Shown here: positions 12,306 to 23,895 of the stretch, piece after piece
How the letters are laid out: every line of letters begins with the position of its first letter
How positions within the stretch are numbered: position 1 is the first letter of the stretch
Source of the DNA: Octopus sinensis
Taxonomy: Eukaryota
Assembly: GCF_006345805.1 (NCBI RefSeq)
Contig: NC_043006.1
Span: 70,556,001-70,620,000 of the forward strand
DNA: 64,000 nt
Reading direction: 5' to 3'
Position numbers and translations under genes: made by a program
The notes under the pieces: generated by a model
Told to the model about the DNA's origin: nothing
Seen by the model: the letters and a program-made list of their open reading frames with translations, nothing else
Databases searched by the model: none

Positions 12306-12325
12306 TAATCTTTATATTTTGTATC

Positions 12326-12475
12326 CTGAATTATTTTTCCTGTTTTTAAAATTTTTGAGAGCGGTCGGGTTCAATTTTAGTATTCTCATTTGTGAGAGCA
12401 GTTGAGTTTATTTCAGATATTCTCATTTTAAAAATCATCTCTGGCTAATCGTTCAGAGGATGTTGGTGTTGTCAG
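12326..12475 (+). mobile_element. Fragment of the Helentron-type element seen at 58442
   Basis: High similarity to ~58620-58770. Confidence 0.7.
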
Positions 12476-12819
12476 TTTTAGTCAAGCAAATCACCCCAGT
12501 CTTTTTTTTTTTCTTCCTTTCTAAGCCCGGTACTTATTCTATCAGTCTCTTTTGTTGAACTGCTAAATTATGTGGACACAAACAAACCAGCCCTGGTTGT
12601 CATGTGATGGTGGGGGATTACTTGGTTGCATCAATCCCCCCCTCCCAGTACTTGACTGGTACTTTATATTTCATCAACCCTGGAATGATGAAGAGCTGAT
12701 GTTAGCAGAATTTGAACTCAGAACACAAAGGGCCAGAACAAAACTGTATGGCATTTTTGTCTGAAGCTCTGACAAATGTATTGGTGCTCCACCCCAATGT
12801 GTATGTGTGTGTGTGTACT

Positions 12820-12904
12820 TATTCTATTATGTCTCTTTTGTTAAACCACTAAGATACAGGGATGTAAACACACCAACACTGGTTGTCAAGCAGTGGGTGG
12901 GAGA

Positions 12905-12996
<92 letters not shown>

Positions 12997-13175
12997 ACAC
13001 ACACACACACACATACTTGACGTGCTTCTTTTAGTTTCCATCCACCAAATCTACTCACAAGGCTTTGGTCAGCCTAAGGCTATTGTAGAAGACAGTTGCC
13101 CAAGGTGTCACATGGTGGGACTGAACCCAGAACCATGTGGTTGAGAAGCAAACTTCTTACCAAAGGGCGACACCT
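12820..13175 (-). mobile_element. SINE family A with long internal (CA)n
   Basis: Reverse-complement match to family A. Confidence 0.8.
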
Positions 13176-13379
13176 GATTACATTTATTATTGCCTCAAAA
13201 ATGGCAGCGTAAGGGACATTACAAAAAGTAGGTGAAGTAGGCAGAGAAATCAAAAGAAATTCAATGAAAAATAATGGTTTTATGAGTGTATAAAATATGG
13301 TAATATCCCAAGTGGAGAACCATCACTTCCTAATGCAATCACCTAATCTCTTTAATTAGCAATATAGTGTGTGTGTGTA

Positions 13380-13597
13380 AGGCAGCGAGCTGGCAGAAAC
13401 ATTAGCACACCAAGAGAAATGCTTAGCGGTGTTTCGTCTGTCTTTATGTTCTGAGTTCAAACTCCGCCAAGGTCGACTTTGCCTTTCAGCCTTTCAGGGG
13501 TCAATAAATTAAGTAGCAGATGCGTACTGGGATTGGTCTAGTTGACTGACCTCCTCCCCCAAAATTTCAAGCCTTGTGCCTAGAGTAGAAAAGAATA
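13380..13597 (+). mobile_element. SINE family B
   Basis: AAGGCAGCGAGCTGGCAGAA head, GAGTTCAAACTCC B-box, GTGCCTAGAGTAGAAAAG tail. Confidence 0.85.
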
Positions 13598-13641
13598 TAG
13601 TGTGTGTATCTGTTAGCCTCCATTTTCTGTCTGTCTATCTA

Positions 13642-13674
<33 letters not shown>

Positions 13675-14228
13675 TTGATATTCTACTAACTACTGTACCA
13701 AATCTGTATTGAGTTTCACCCACCTTTTCATGGATTACATGTTGTAGTTGCACACACACACACACACACACATTAACACATATGTATACAATCACTAGGG
13801 TGATCTCTCTCACTCACACACATATTCACACACACACACATGCATACAAGCCCACATACACAACCACCCATAAAACATGAATTGATAGCAGATTTAAGGT
13901 GGAACATCCTTCCTATGATAATACTTTATATATTGGATGTTGTTACTGTTTTATCCCCAGGTCTGCTTCCCCATGAGCAGATTTAAGGGCTCGTCTTCTG
14001 ACCCCATATTGTAACATTTATTATAAAGACTACACTCACCAACATATCCTTCCTGTTTTTTATGTCATAGGCTTTGATTTGTGGGAGATTTAGTTGTTAT
14101 TTCTAGCAAGCCAAGCCACCAATGTAATTGCTGCTTATGTTGTTCTTGTTAGTGTTGCTAAATACACCTTTCAGCTGCCAATTTGCACTGGATTTTGGCA
14201 ATTTAAGAAACTCTATATTTGTGTGTGC

Positions 14229-14300
<72 letters not shown>

Positions 14301-14559
14301 CAAGAGAAAGAGAGATCACTACTTCAACAGCTTCCTCTGTTGGCATAAATTGTGTAATATATTCCTATACACACACACACACACACATACAGTTACGGTG
14401 TACAAGACATATTAACCATTCAAAAACACAAAATCTGTTAACTTCACTTAAACATTTATTATTTGGTATCAAGATTTCCACTGCACCAATTGCAACCTGG
14501 TTACTAATAGGTTCTACTGCAGATTTAATGTGTTTTCGAACAGCTAATATATGTCTTCC

Positions 14560-14780
14560 ATAGTGTGGTAAGCTGGCAGAATCATTATTGCACCGAAAAA
14601 ATGCTTGGCAGCATTTCATTGATTTTTCATTCAGGGTTCCAATGCCTCTGAGGTCGACTTAACCTTTCATCCTTCTGGGGTCAATAAAATAAGTACCAAT
14701 TGAACACTGGGGTTGATATAAATGACTTACCCCATCTCCTGAAATTGCTGGCCTTGTGCCAAAGTTTGTAACCAATATGT
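14560..14780 (+). mobile_element. SINE family B (diverged)
   Basis: Match to other family B copies. Confidence 0.7.
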
Positions 14781-14879
14781 GTCTGCCAGTCTTTCATGCT
14801 GTAATGGTACAGTTTTAGGGTCAATACCTAGTCCCTGATCAAATCACTTGCCTGGAAAGAACATCTCTGAAATATATAT

Positions 14880-15060
14880 GTAGGAGTAGCTGTGTGGCAA
14901 GTAACTTGCTTACCAACCACATGGTTCCGGGTTCAGTCCCACTGCGTGGCACCTTGGGCAAGTCTTCTACTATAGTCTCGGGCCGACCAAAGCCTTGTGA
15001 GTGGATTAGGTAGATGATAACTGAAAGAGGCCCATCGAATATGTGTGTATATATATATGT
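14880..15060 (+). mobile_element. SINE family A, 5' half
   Basis: Head and B-box match. Confidence 0.8.
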
Positions 15061-15078
15061 GTGTGTGTGTATGTGTGT

Positions 15079-15275
15079 AAGATTCTTTATGTGAGTTCGT
15101 GTGTTGAAGCATATTCTGTTGTGTCTGGGGAGAGTCATTCTCTTTGGTACCTTATTTATTTTTTATTTTTTCATAAAAAATAAAAAAAGAAAAGAAAAAA
15201 GAAGTGGAAATTTTACCGATGAATGTGTTAAATTATAAGGCACCAAAAGAGAATGACTCTCCCCAGACACAACAG
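15079..15275. mobile_element. Fold-back (TA)n-associated element, family F2 (centre truncated)
   Basis: Inverted arms CTGTTGTGTCTGGGGAGAGTCATTCTCTTT / AAAGAGAATGACTCTCCCCAGACACAACAG; same family at 28523, 47697, 50072. Confidence 0.75.
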
Positions 15276-15306
<31 letters not shown>

Positions 15307-16712
15307 CAAGGTAAGATATTTGAGGACATACCTTTTTTGGGGTCATTGCTGCATTTTTTTGCTGACTCTATATAACCTTTGTTTCAGAAAATAATAATGG
15401 CAGACCCTCAGCTTACTCAAGGAATTAAGAGGCATGCTGTTATTCTTTTCTACTCTAGGCACAAGGCCCGAAATTTTTGGGGAGGGGGCCAGTCAATTAG
15501 ATTAACCCCAGTATGCAACTGGTTCTTAATTTATTGACCGAAAAAGGATGAAAAGCAAAGTCAACCTCAGCAGAATTTGAACTCAGGGCATAAACGCAGA
15601 CGAAATACTGCTAAGGACTTCACCTGGTGTGCTAACATTTCTGCCAGCTCGCCGCCTTAGAGGCATGCTGTTATTGTGGTTATATAAGCTGAGCATAGAG
15701 ATTAGAAATATCTCAATTTTTAAAAGTTGCCAAATCTTTTGTCTACAAAGTTTGTAAGGAGCTAGAAACTGAAGATGGAAATGTATCACCAGTATCAAAG
15801 CATAAGAAACTTTCTAAACACTCTGAAATCATCAGAACACCTGAATTTATTAGCAAGTTCAACAGACCATTGATTACAATTCCAGAAGTCCATGAGATCA
15901 ATTGCAAAAGATCTCCATGTGTCAAAAGGAACTGTCAGAAATGTCCACAATGGCATGAGATATAAGTCTTATATGATGAGGAAAGGTCAATTTGTCAGAA
16001 AAAGCAAAAAAAAAAAAAAAAAAAAATCACTACATCAGATCTAAATGGTTCTTAAACAAGCTGAAAAATCCAGCAGAAGAAGATTTGATTTGGTTTTTCT
16101 CAAATGAGAAAACTTGAACCAAGATCCAAAAGTTAACGGAACAAATAACAGATGATTACGTGCAGATACCCCCTTACTTCTTTCCACAAGACCTTAGAGT
16201 TAACTCTATCACCTACATTGAAGTCCTGGAAATAATTGTTAAGCCCTGGATAGAAATTGTGTGCAATGGAAGGCCATATGTGTTTCAGTAAGACTCTGCA
16301 CTATCACACATGGCTCTAGTAATACAGGAATGGATGGTTGAAAATTTTCATGATCACATAACCCCTAACATTTGGCTTCCTAATTCCCCAGATCTCAATC
16401 CATTGGACTATTACATGTGGAGTGTTGTTGAGAAAGAGGTCAATGAACATGCCCGTAACACCAAAGATTCTTTGAAAGCTGCCATAGTCAGAGTAATGTC
16501 CAAAATCAACCAGGACCACTTGATTCGAGCATGTAGATGATTTAGATCTCATATAGAAGCAGTTATTGAAGCTGAAGGTGGCTTTATTGAATAACATTAT
16601 AAAAAAGAAGGTTTATTTTTATCCTCATAGCATTTTTTGATAAATAAGCTATTATCTGTTATTAATATATTTTTTTTATAAACGTAATCTCTCCTCAAAT
16701 ATCTTATGCACC

Positions 16713-16715
<3 letters not shown>
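15307..16715 (+). mobile_element. Decayed maT (DD37D) Tc1/mariner element, copy 1, with nested SINE
   Basis: Imperfect TIRs around AAGATATTTGAGGA; VFQ*D...WLPNSPDLNPLD with 37-residue spacing. Confidence 0.9.
15445..15658 (-). mobile_element. SINE family B nested in maT copy 1
   Basis: 17-bp TSD AGAGGCATGCTGTTATT at 15428-15444 and 15659-15675. Confidence 0.9.
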
Positions 16716-16761
<46 letters not shown>

Positions 16762-16766
16762 ATATA

Positions 16767-18180
16767 CAAGGTAAGATATTTGAGGACATACCTTTTTTGG
16801 GGTCATTGCTGCATTTTTTTGCTGACTCTATATAACCTTTGTTTCAGAAAATAATAATGGCAGACCCTCAGCTTACTCAAGGAATTAAGAGGCATGCTGT
16901 TATTCTTTTCTACTCTAGGCACAAGGCCCGAAATTTTTGGGGAGGGGGCCAGTCAATTAGATTAACCCCAGTATGCAACTGGTTCTTAATTTATTGACCG
17001 AAAAAGGATGAAAAGCAAAGTCAACCTCAGCAGAATTTGAACTCAGGGCATAAACGCAGACGAAATACTGCTAAGGACTTCACCTGGTGTGCTAACATTT
17101 CTGCCAGCTCGCCGCCTTAGAGGCATGCTGTTATTGTGGTTATATAAGCTGAGCATAGAGATTAGAAATATCTCAATTTTTAAAAGTTGCCAAATCTTTT
17201 GTCTACAAAGTTTGTAAGGAGCTAGAAACTGAAGATGGAAATGTATCACCAGTATCAAAGCATAAGAAACTTTCTAAACACTCTGAAATCATCAGAACAC
17301 CTGAATTTATTTAGCAAGTTCAACAGACCATTGATTACAATTCCAGGAAGTCCATGAGATCAATTGCAAAAGATCTCCATGTGTCAAAAGGAACTGTCAG
17401 AAATGTCCACAATGGCATGAGATATAAGTCTTATATGATGAGGAAAGGTCAATTTGTCAGAAAAAGCAAAAAAAAAAAAAAAAAAAAATCACTACATCAG
17501 ATCTAAATGGTTCTTAAACAAGCTGAAAAATCCAGCAGAAGAAGATTTGATTTGGTTTTTCTCAAACGAGAAAAACTTGAACCAAGATCCAAAAGTTAAC
17601 GGAACAAATAACAGATGATTACGTGCAGATACCCCCTTACTTCTTTCCACAAGACCTTAGAGTTAACTCTATCACCTACATTGAAGTCCTGGAAATAATT
17701 GTTAAGCCCTGGATAGAAATTGTGTGCAATGGAAGGCCATATGTGTTTCAGTAAGACTCTGCACTATCACACATGGCTCTAGTAATACAGGAATGGATGG
17801 TTGAAAATTTTCATGATCACATAACCCCTAACATTTGGCTTCCTAATTCCCCAGATCTCAATCCATTGGACTATTACATGTGGAGTGTTGTTGAGAAAGA
17901 GGTCAATGAACATGCCCGTAACACCAAAGATTCTTTGAAAGCTGCCATAGTCAGAGTAATGTCCAAAATCAACCAGGACCACTTGATTCGAGCATGTAGA
18001 TGATTTAGATCTCATATAGAAGCAGTTATTGAAGCTGAAGGTGGCTTTATTGAATAACATTATAAAAAAGAAGGTTTATTTTTATCCTCATAGCATTTTT
18101 TGATAAATAAGCTATTATCTGTTATTATATATGTTTTTTTTATAAACGTAAATCTCTCCTCAAATATCTTATGCACCCTG
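16767..18180 (+). mobile_element. Decayed maT (DD37D) element, copy 2, with the same nested SINE (16905-17118)
   Basis: Near-identical to 15307-16715 at an offset of about 1460 bp. Confidence 0.9.
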
Positions 18181-19952
18181 TGTATATATATATATATATA
18201 TCATTGCTATTATGCAAAAGTGTTGTCATGCAAAAATGATGATGATGATGATGATGATGATGATGTTGTAAGTCCAAAGCGTTGCTTTTTCAGAAAGCAA
18301 AAAATAGTTTCACCATTCCATAGCAAAACCGTTGTACTACAGTTTGACAATTTTTTGATATCTTGGCATTTGAAGCAGCTGGAGGTACGACTATTTGACC
18401 AAAAGAACTGGCTATTGCAAGTAAAAATAAATTTTGAAAAAACTGCATTTGGCCACATTTGGACAAATGACAGTTTAACATAATAACAATGATATATTTA
18501 TGTATGTGTATGTATTTATAAGAGCATGCATATATGTATACATGTCTGTGTGTGTGTATATGTTTGTTTAGAGATATATGTATATACATGTGTATGTGTG
18601 TATGTATATGTAGACATATGCATAAATGTATATAGAAATGTGTGTATGTGTATGTATATGCATTCATGTATATATAAATGTGTATAAGAATGTGTTTGTG
18701 CATGTGTATATATGTATGTTCATATATATATACACACATATTTACCATGTAGTTTTAGAATATTTTTAGTAGGAACCTCCTACCTCTACCACTACCATCT
18801 CCATCTGCATCAGTAGATATTTTTTTCTCCAGGAAATTTGAAAGAGAAAACCTTGTATCTCTACCTTTCACATAACACTCAAAGTTACTCAAAGAGAAAC
18901 CACAGTTTTTGGCAAAACATCTAAATTTAGACCTGCGCACACGCATGCATGTGTGTGTATGTGTGTGTGTGTGTGCATGTGAAATGCATGCATGTATGTC
19001 TTTTTAAAAACATGGATTTTCTCTTCACAGCCTGCACATACTACCACCACCACCACCACTACCATCACCCCTACAATATCAGCACCTTTCCAAAACACAC
19101 TCACTTGTGTTGTCTGTGATGCCTACTTTAAAAAATAAAATAGTAGTAGTAGTAGTAGTAGTAGTAATAGTAGTAGTAGTAGTAGCAGCAGCAGCAGTAT
19201 ACATTTTCCTAAATTTCCTCTAACATCTACTTTGGTTTTCTCATTTTTATGCATGCACACACACACATACACACGCACACACACACCACATGCAGAGTTG
19301 TTTGGTTGTTCTTCTCTAATAGTAAGAGAGGGAATCGTCTTGCCAAGAATCCATGTTTTATTTCATTTTATGTTTTTTATTTTTCTGTTGGTGAAGTGAA
19401 ATGAATGAACTGTATGATCTTTATGCATTGTTTGGTAGATTTTTCTTTCTTCTCCTCATTATGCTTTCATTCATAGAAACCTTGACATTCATTTATAACT
19501 ACTATTTCGATTTAGTTACGTCTCATCAGTGCAATATAATCAAGAACTGAGGGCCCTATCAGACTTTGCATTAAATTAAATCAAATTATTAACTTTTCAG
19601 AAAGAGAAAGAAAGAATAGGGAAGGTGTATAATGAAGTCGTAATTATTTGCAGCTCGATAGCAGTGTATAAACAGAAAGAGAGATAATGAATTTAGTTTG
19701 AGATTTACATACAGGTCTGAGATGTTATTCAGAACAAGCCAATTCTTGTCCCAGAGCTGCAGTTGTTTGTAAGCATTCTTTAGATCCTTGAAGAACACCT
19801 TTAATTTAAACTGTCTTCAAGTGGTTTGTTTGTTCTCTTTCTTCAATATACAAATCCATGTGTATATGCGAATATTGTCACCCATTTTATGGAGACACTT
19901 TGGATACTTTAGTTTCTTAGTAAGAATTTAGTCTTTCATGATTGACTGTTCT

Positions 19953-19983
<31 letters not shown>

Positions 19984-20329
19984 GTATGTGTGTATGTATA
20001 TATATATATATATATCCAACTTTCTAGTAGTAGTAATGGTGACCTATTTGGCTGCTATTTCTAATATTTTCGGTATGTGGTTTTGAGCAACTTGTTGCAA
20101 TTAACCCTTTATTATAATTATATATAATCCTTACTGAATATGGTCATTTCCATACTGAAAATACTACTAGGTGAAATTTATTAATTTTATTAAATTAATT
20201 ATATTTCACCCTTTATGTGTATATATATATATAGTTAGAATTTACAAAAACAAAACAAAACAAAAGATGAAGACAGGTGTGTAAACAACAAACAGATGTA
20301 TTAGTTTAATGCTTAGGAAGTGAAGAAGT

Positions 20330-20365
20330 CTTTAACGTTTCAAGCCTTCGCTCTTCGATAGAAAG
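20330..20365 (-). ncRNA. Degenerate minimal hammerhead motif in a (TA)n-anchored element
   Basis: Minus strand CTTT CTATCGA A GAGC GAAG GCTT GAA ACGT T AAAG; two core substitutions. Confidence 0.55.
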
Positions 20366-20934
20366 GAACACAGAAATAAGCAGAGAGAGAAAATAAAAAA
20401 AGGTTTAGTGACTAGCAGTAAATTGTCGCCATTTTATATCTTTAATTTCATGCATGTGCATTGCTTGTTTTTGATTTTGTCGACTACACAGTACAGTAGG
20501 GTCAGTTGGACACCATATGTGAGAAAAACAGTGTTTACATCCCCATAACTTCGTAGTTCAGTAAAAGAGACTTATAAAATAAGTCCTAGGGGTAATTTGT
20601 TCAACTGAAACCCCTCAAGGCAGCGTTCCAGCTTGGCCACAATCAAATGACTGAAACAAGTAAAAGAATAAAAGAACCAAAGAATAGTGTATATTCCAGC
20701 AGACAAACATGGCATAAAAAAAGTAACCAAGTTATATAATAGAGTTATATAAGTTGTTGATTCAATGTTTTAGAGTTTAAACTTGCCATTTCCAGCTCAA
20801 ATATTCTACCTGTTTTATGTCCAAACTGACCAGATCTGGCCCCTGAAAATAAGCAATCACATCATTGAAATCCCAAAGCTATGAGATGATACATGGTTAA
20901 TTCCAATCAATGAATAAATAAGCATTACATTTGC

Positions 20935-21275
20935 TCCCTGTGCCAGTGGCACATAAAAAGCACCATCCGAATGTGGTCAATGCCAGCCCCCCTCCCTGCA
21001 CTGACTGGCTCCTGTGCCAGTAGCACATAAACAGCACCATCTGAACGTGGTTGATGCCAGTGACATCTTACTGGCTTCCGTGCCAGTGGCACATAAAAAG
21101 CACCCACTACACTCTCGGAGTGGTTGGCGTTAGGAAGGGCATCCAGCTGTAGAAACATTGCCAGATCAGATTGGAGCCTGATGCAGCCTACTGGCTTGCC
21201 AGTCCTCAGTCAAACCGTCCAACCCATGCCAGCATGGAAAGTGGACATTAAACGATGATGATGATGATGATGATG
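20935..21275 (+). mobile_element. RTE LINE 3' end (family C)
   Basis: Tandem units, conserved body, (GAT)n tail. Confidence 0.75.
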
Positions 21276-21639
21276 ATTTGACCAAGGTACCATGCACTGA
21301 GATAGAACTTAGTTCCATGTGGCTAAGAAGCAAACTTCTTACCATACACACACACACACACACTGGGAAAACTAAGAAGACCAGTCATACAATTAAGAAT
21401 TCAAAACAGTTTGAAGGTGAAGTACATTTTCATTTTAGTTCTAAGGTTTACAGTGGTACCATTGTTTCAGATAGCACCATTTCATTATATTACGTAAACA
21501 CAGAACAAACACAGGATTTGTTCTGTGTTACCATTATGTAATAAAGTGTTCCCCTGAAGAACCGTCATGGATCTGCATCCAAATGCATGATGCACACTCA
21601 CAGCAGAAAATGCGAATAGCCATAGGGAACAAATGATAT

Positions 21640-21702
21640 AAACTCTGTTTAAACACTCATCAACACTAGTTGTCAAATGGTAGTGGAGACAAACACACCT
21701 GT

Positions 21703-21733
<31 letters not shown>

Positions 21734-21900
21734 TATATATGACAGGCTTCTTTCAGTTTCTGTTTCCCAAATCCATTCACAAGGCTTTGGTTGGCCCGAC
21801 GCAATAGTAGAAGACACTTGCCCAAGGTGCCAGGCAGTGGGGCTGAACCCTGAACTGTGTGACTGAGAAGCAAGCTTCTTACCACACAGCCAAACCTGCA
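21640..21900 (-). mobile_element. SINE family A
   Basis: Reverse-complement match. Confidence 0.75.
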
Positions 21901-22259
21901 CCTTTTTCATGACTTAAAACATGTATTCTAATAACTCAGTAGATTACTCCATCAACACACACACGTGTTTGCATACATATATGTTCTGTTTGTTTTAGCC
22001 AGTATAAGTAAAGCTATACTGGAACACTACACATACAAACACACACACACACACACACACAGATATTTATGTGCATTTCTGTGCAATTCATCTTAAATTG
22101 AACTCTGGATTAAAAACAAGGATTAGTCACCTTGTGTGCGTGTGTACATGCATGCATGTGTGTGTGTGTGTACGTGCATGCATGTGTGTGTGTGTGTGTG
22201 TGTGTGTGGATAACGTTTTTGTATTCCAGTGTTGGGGTCAGAAAGTTCAAATTTCCACT

Positions 22260-22420
22260 TGTTCCTCTCTCCATCTCACCTCCCTCTCTCCTGCTCCCTC
22301 CTCCTTCCTCTACCTATTCTCCTCTCCACCTTCTTGCTCCCTCCTCCTTCCTCTACCTATTCTCCTCTCCACCTCTCTATCTCTGTCCCTCTCTCTCTCT
22401 CATTTTCCTTGTTTCTTCTG
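22260..22420. repeat. Polypyrimidine tract with a ~42-bp direct tandem duplication
   Basis: TGCTCCCTCCTCCTTCCTCTACCTATTCTCCTCTCCACCT occurs twice in tandem. Confidence 0.9.
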
Positions 22421-23279
22421 TCATTTATCTCACTTCTCAATACAGCACTTTTAAGCCACTGCAACTTCTGCCCCCCCCCCCTCCACTACATTCTGGTTGT
22501 TCTACATTGTCTCTCCCCCACCGCCACCATAGAGTAATTCCCAAGCACCCTCCCCCCCTCTCGCTCGCAGTCTGGCCTATCTACCTTTGCTTCCTTCATT
22601 TACTTTTATGCCCCAATAAATCCAGTAACCTTGTATAGACACCACCCCAAGCTCACACACACATTCACCATCGCCAACACCACCCCAGTCCCCCCTACTG
22701 TCTAACACACCACCTGTTACCCCCCCCCTTTTTTTTCTTCCTACAAACCTGCTGTGTCACCACCACTGCTGCCACCACTGTTGTCTGTTAGAGCTGTTCA
22801 ATGCTGCAATATTGACACCATCACCATCACCACCTCCATCACTAACACCACCACCGGCACCACCACCACCATCACACCATCAACAGTGCCAGTCAGATCA
22901 CTTTCCAGTCTTCAGTTTTTTTCTTCTTTACCATCCTTCTTTTTCTTTATCCTTCTCCTGTCTTCAGGTTCTTTTTTTTCTTTTGCGCGTCATTGTGAAA
23001 GAGGAGAGACTAGTTGCTATGGTGATATTGATTAAGATCCAATGCATTCAACAGTAGACTTTAGTGTTGTTGTTTATGAAAGATTTTCAAATTATAAGTT
23101 TTGATGGGTCCTATTGATGGTACATGTCATGGCTTGTGGTGGTCTCAGATCTTTTTTTGTTTGGCTTTCACTTTTCAATTCTTTCAATTTTGTTCCAATT
23201 GATTTCAAATTTGGTGTATTGATGTAGTTTTAGATTCAGTGTGAAAAATACATCGATACACCAAATTTGAAAATTTCCA

Positions 23280-23286
23280 CTTCATT

Positions 23287-23328
<42 letters not shown>

Positions 23329-23560
23329 TATCGTCCATTTTCCATGTTGGAACAGGTTAAACTGTTTGACTGGAGCCGGGAAGCTGGAGGCCTGCACCAG
23401 GTTCCAGTCTGATTTGGCATGGTTTCTGTGGTTGAATTCCTTCCCAATGCCAATCAATCTAAGAGCATAATGGGTGCTTTTTATCTGCCACTGGCACAGG
23501 TGCCATTTACATCGCACACCAGCAATGCTCATGACTATGATTTCACTTAATTTTAAAATT
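23280..23560 (-). mobile_element. RTE LINE 3' end (family C, diverged)
   Basis: (ATC)n tail then reverse-complement body. Confidence 0.7.
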
Positions 23561-23895
23561 TCAAAAAGGGAAGCCAAATAGAAAAAAAAAAACAAAAACC
23601 CATGGTCGCTTTTATCATTACTCCCCAATGAGACTGGATAATTTCTCTAAAATTACACTCACCAGTCCTCCTGAGACCATCCTTGGTTCTATGATACTAA
23701 CTCTCTGTTTTCAAATAAGCTAAATTAAAAACCTTGTGTGATAAGAAGTTTACTTCCCAACCACATGGTTCTGGGTTCAGTCCCACTGGGTGGCACCTTG
23801 GGCAAGTGTCATCTGCTATAGCCTTGGGCCTACCAAAGCCTTGTGAGTGAATTTGGTAGACAGAAACTGAAAGAAGCTTGTCATATATATATATA

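Larger units (their letters stand above)
11597..12325 (-). mobile_element. Fold-back, (TA)n-anchored non-coding element; probable Penelope-like pseudo-LTR derivative (family F1)
   Basis: Inverted arms 11848-12034 and 12138-12325, each with a hammerhead; left arm continues to a 3' end abutting (TA)n; the same 3' part recurs at 32935-33200 and 47510-47625. Confidence 0.7.

Noticed and set aside
11848-12325. A-to-I editing signature between the inverted arms
   Set aside because: Differences are a mix of transitions in both directions and transversions, not A-to-G biased.
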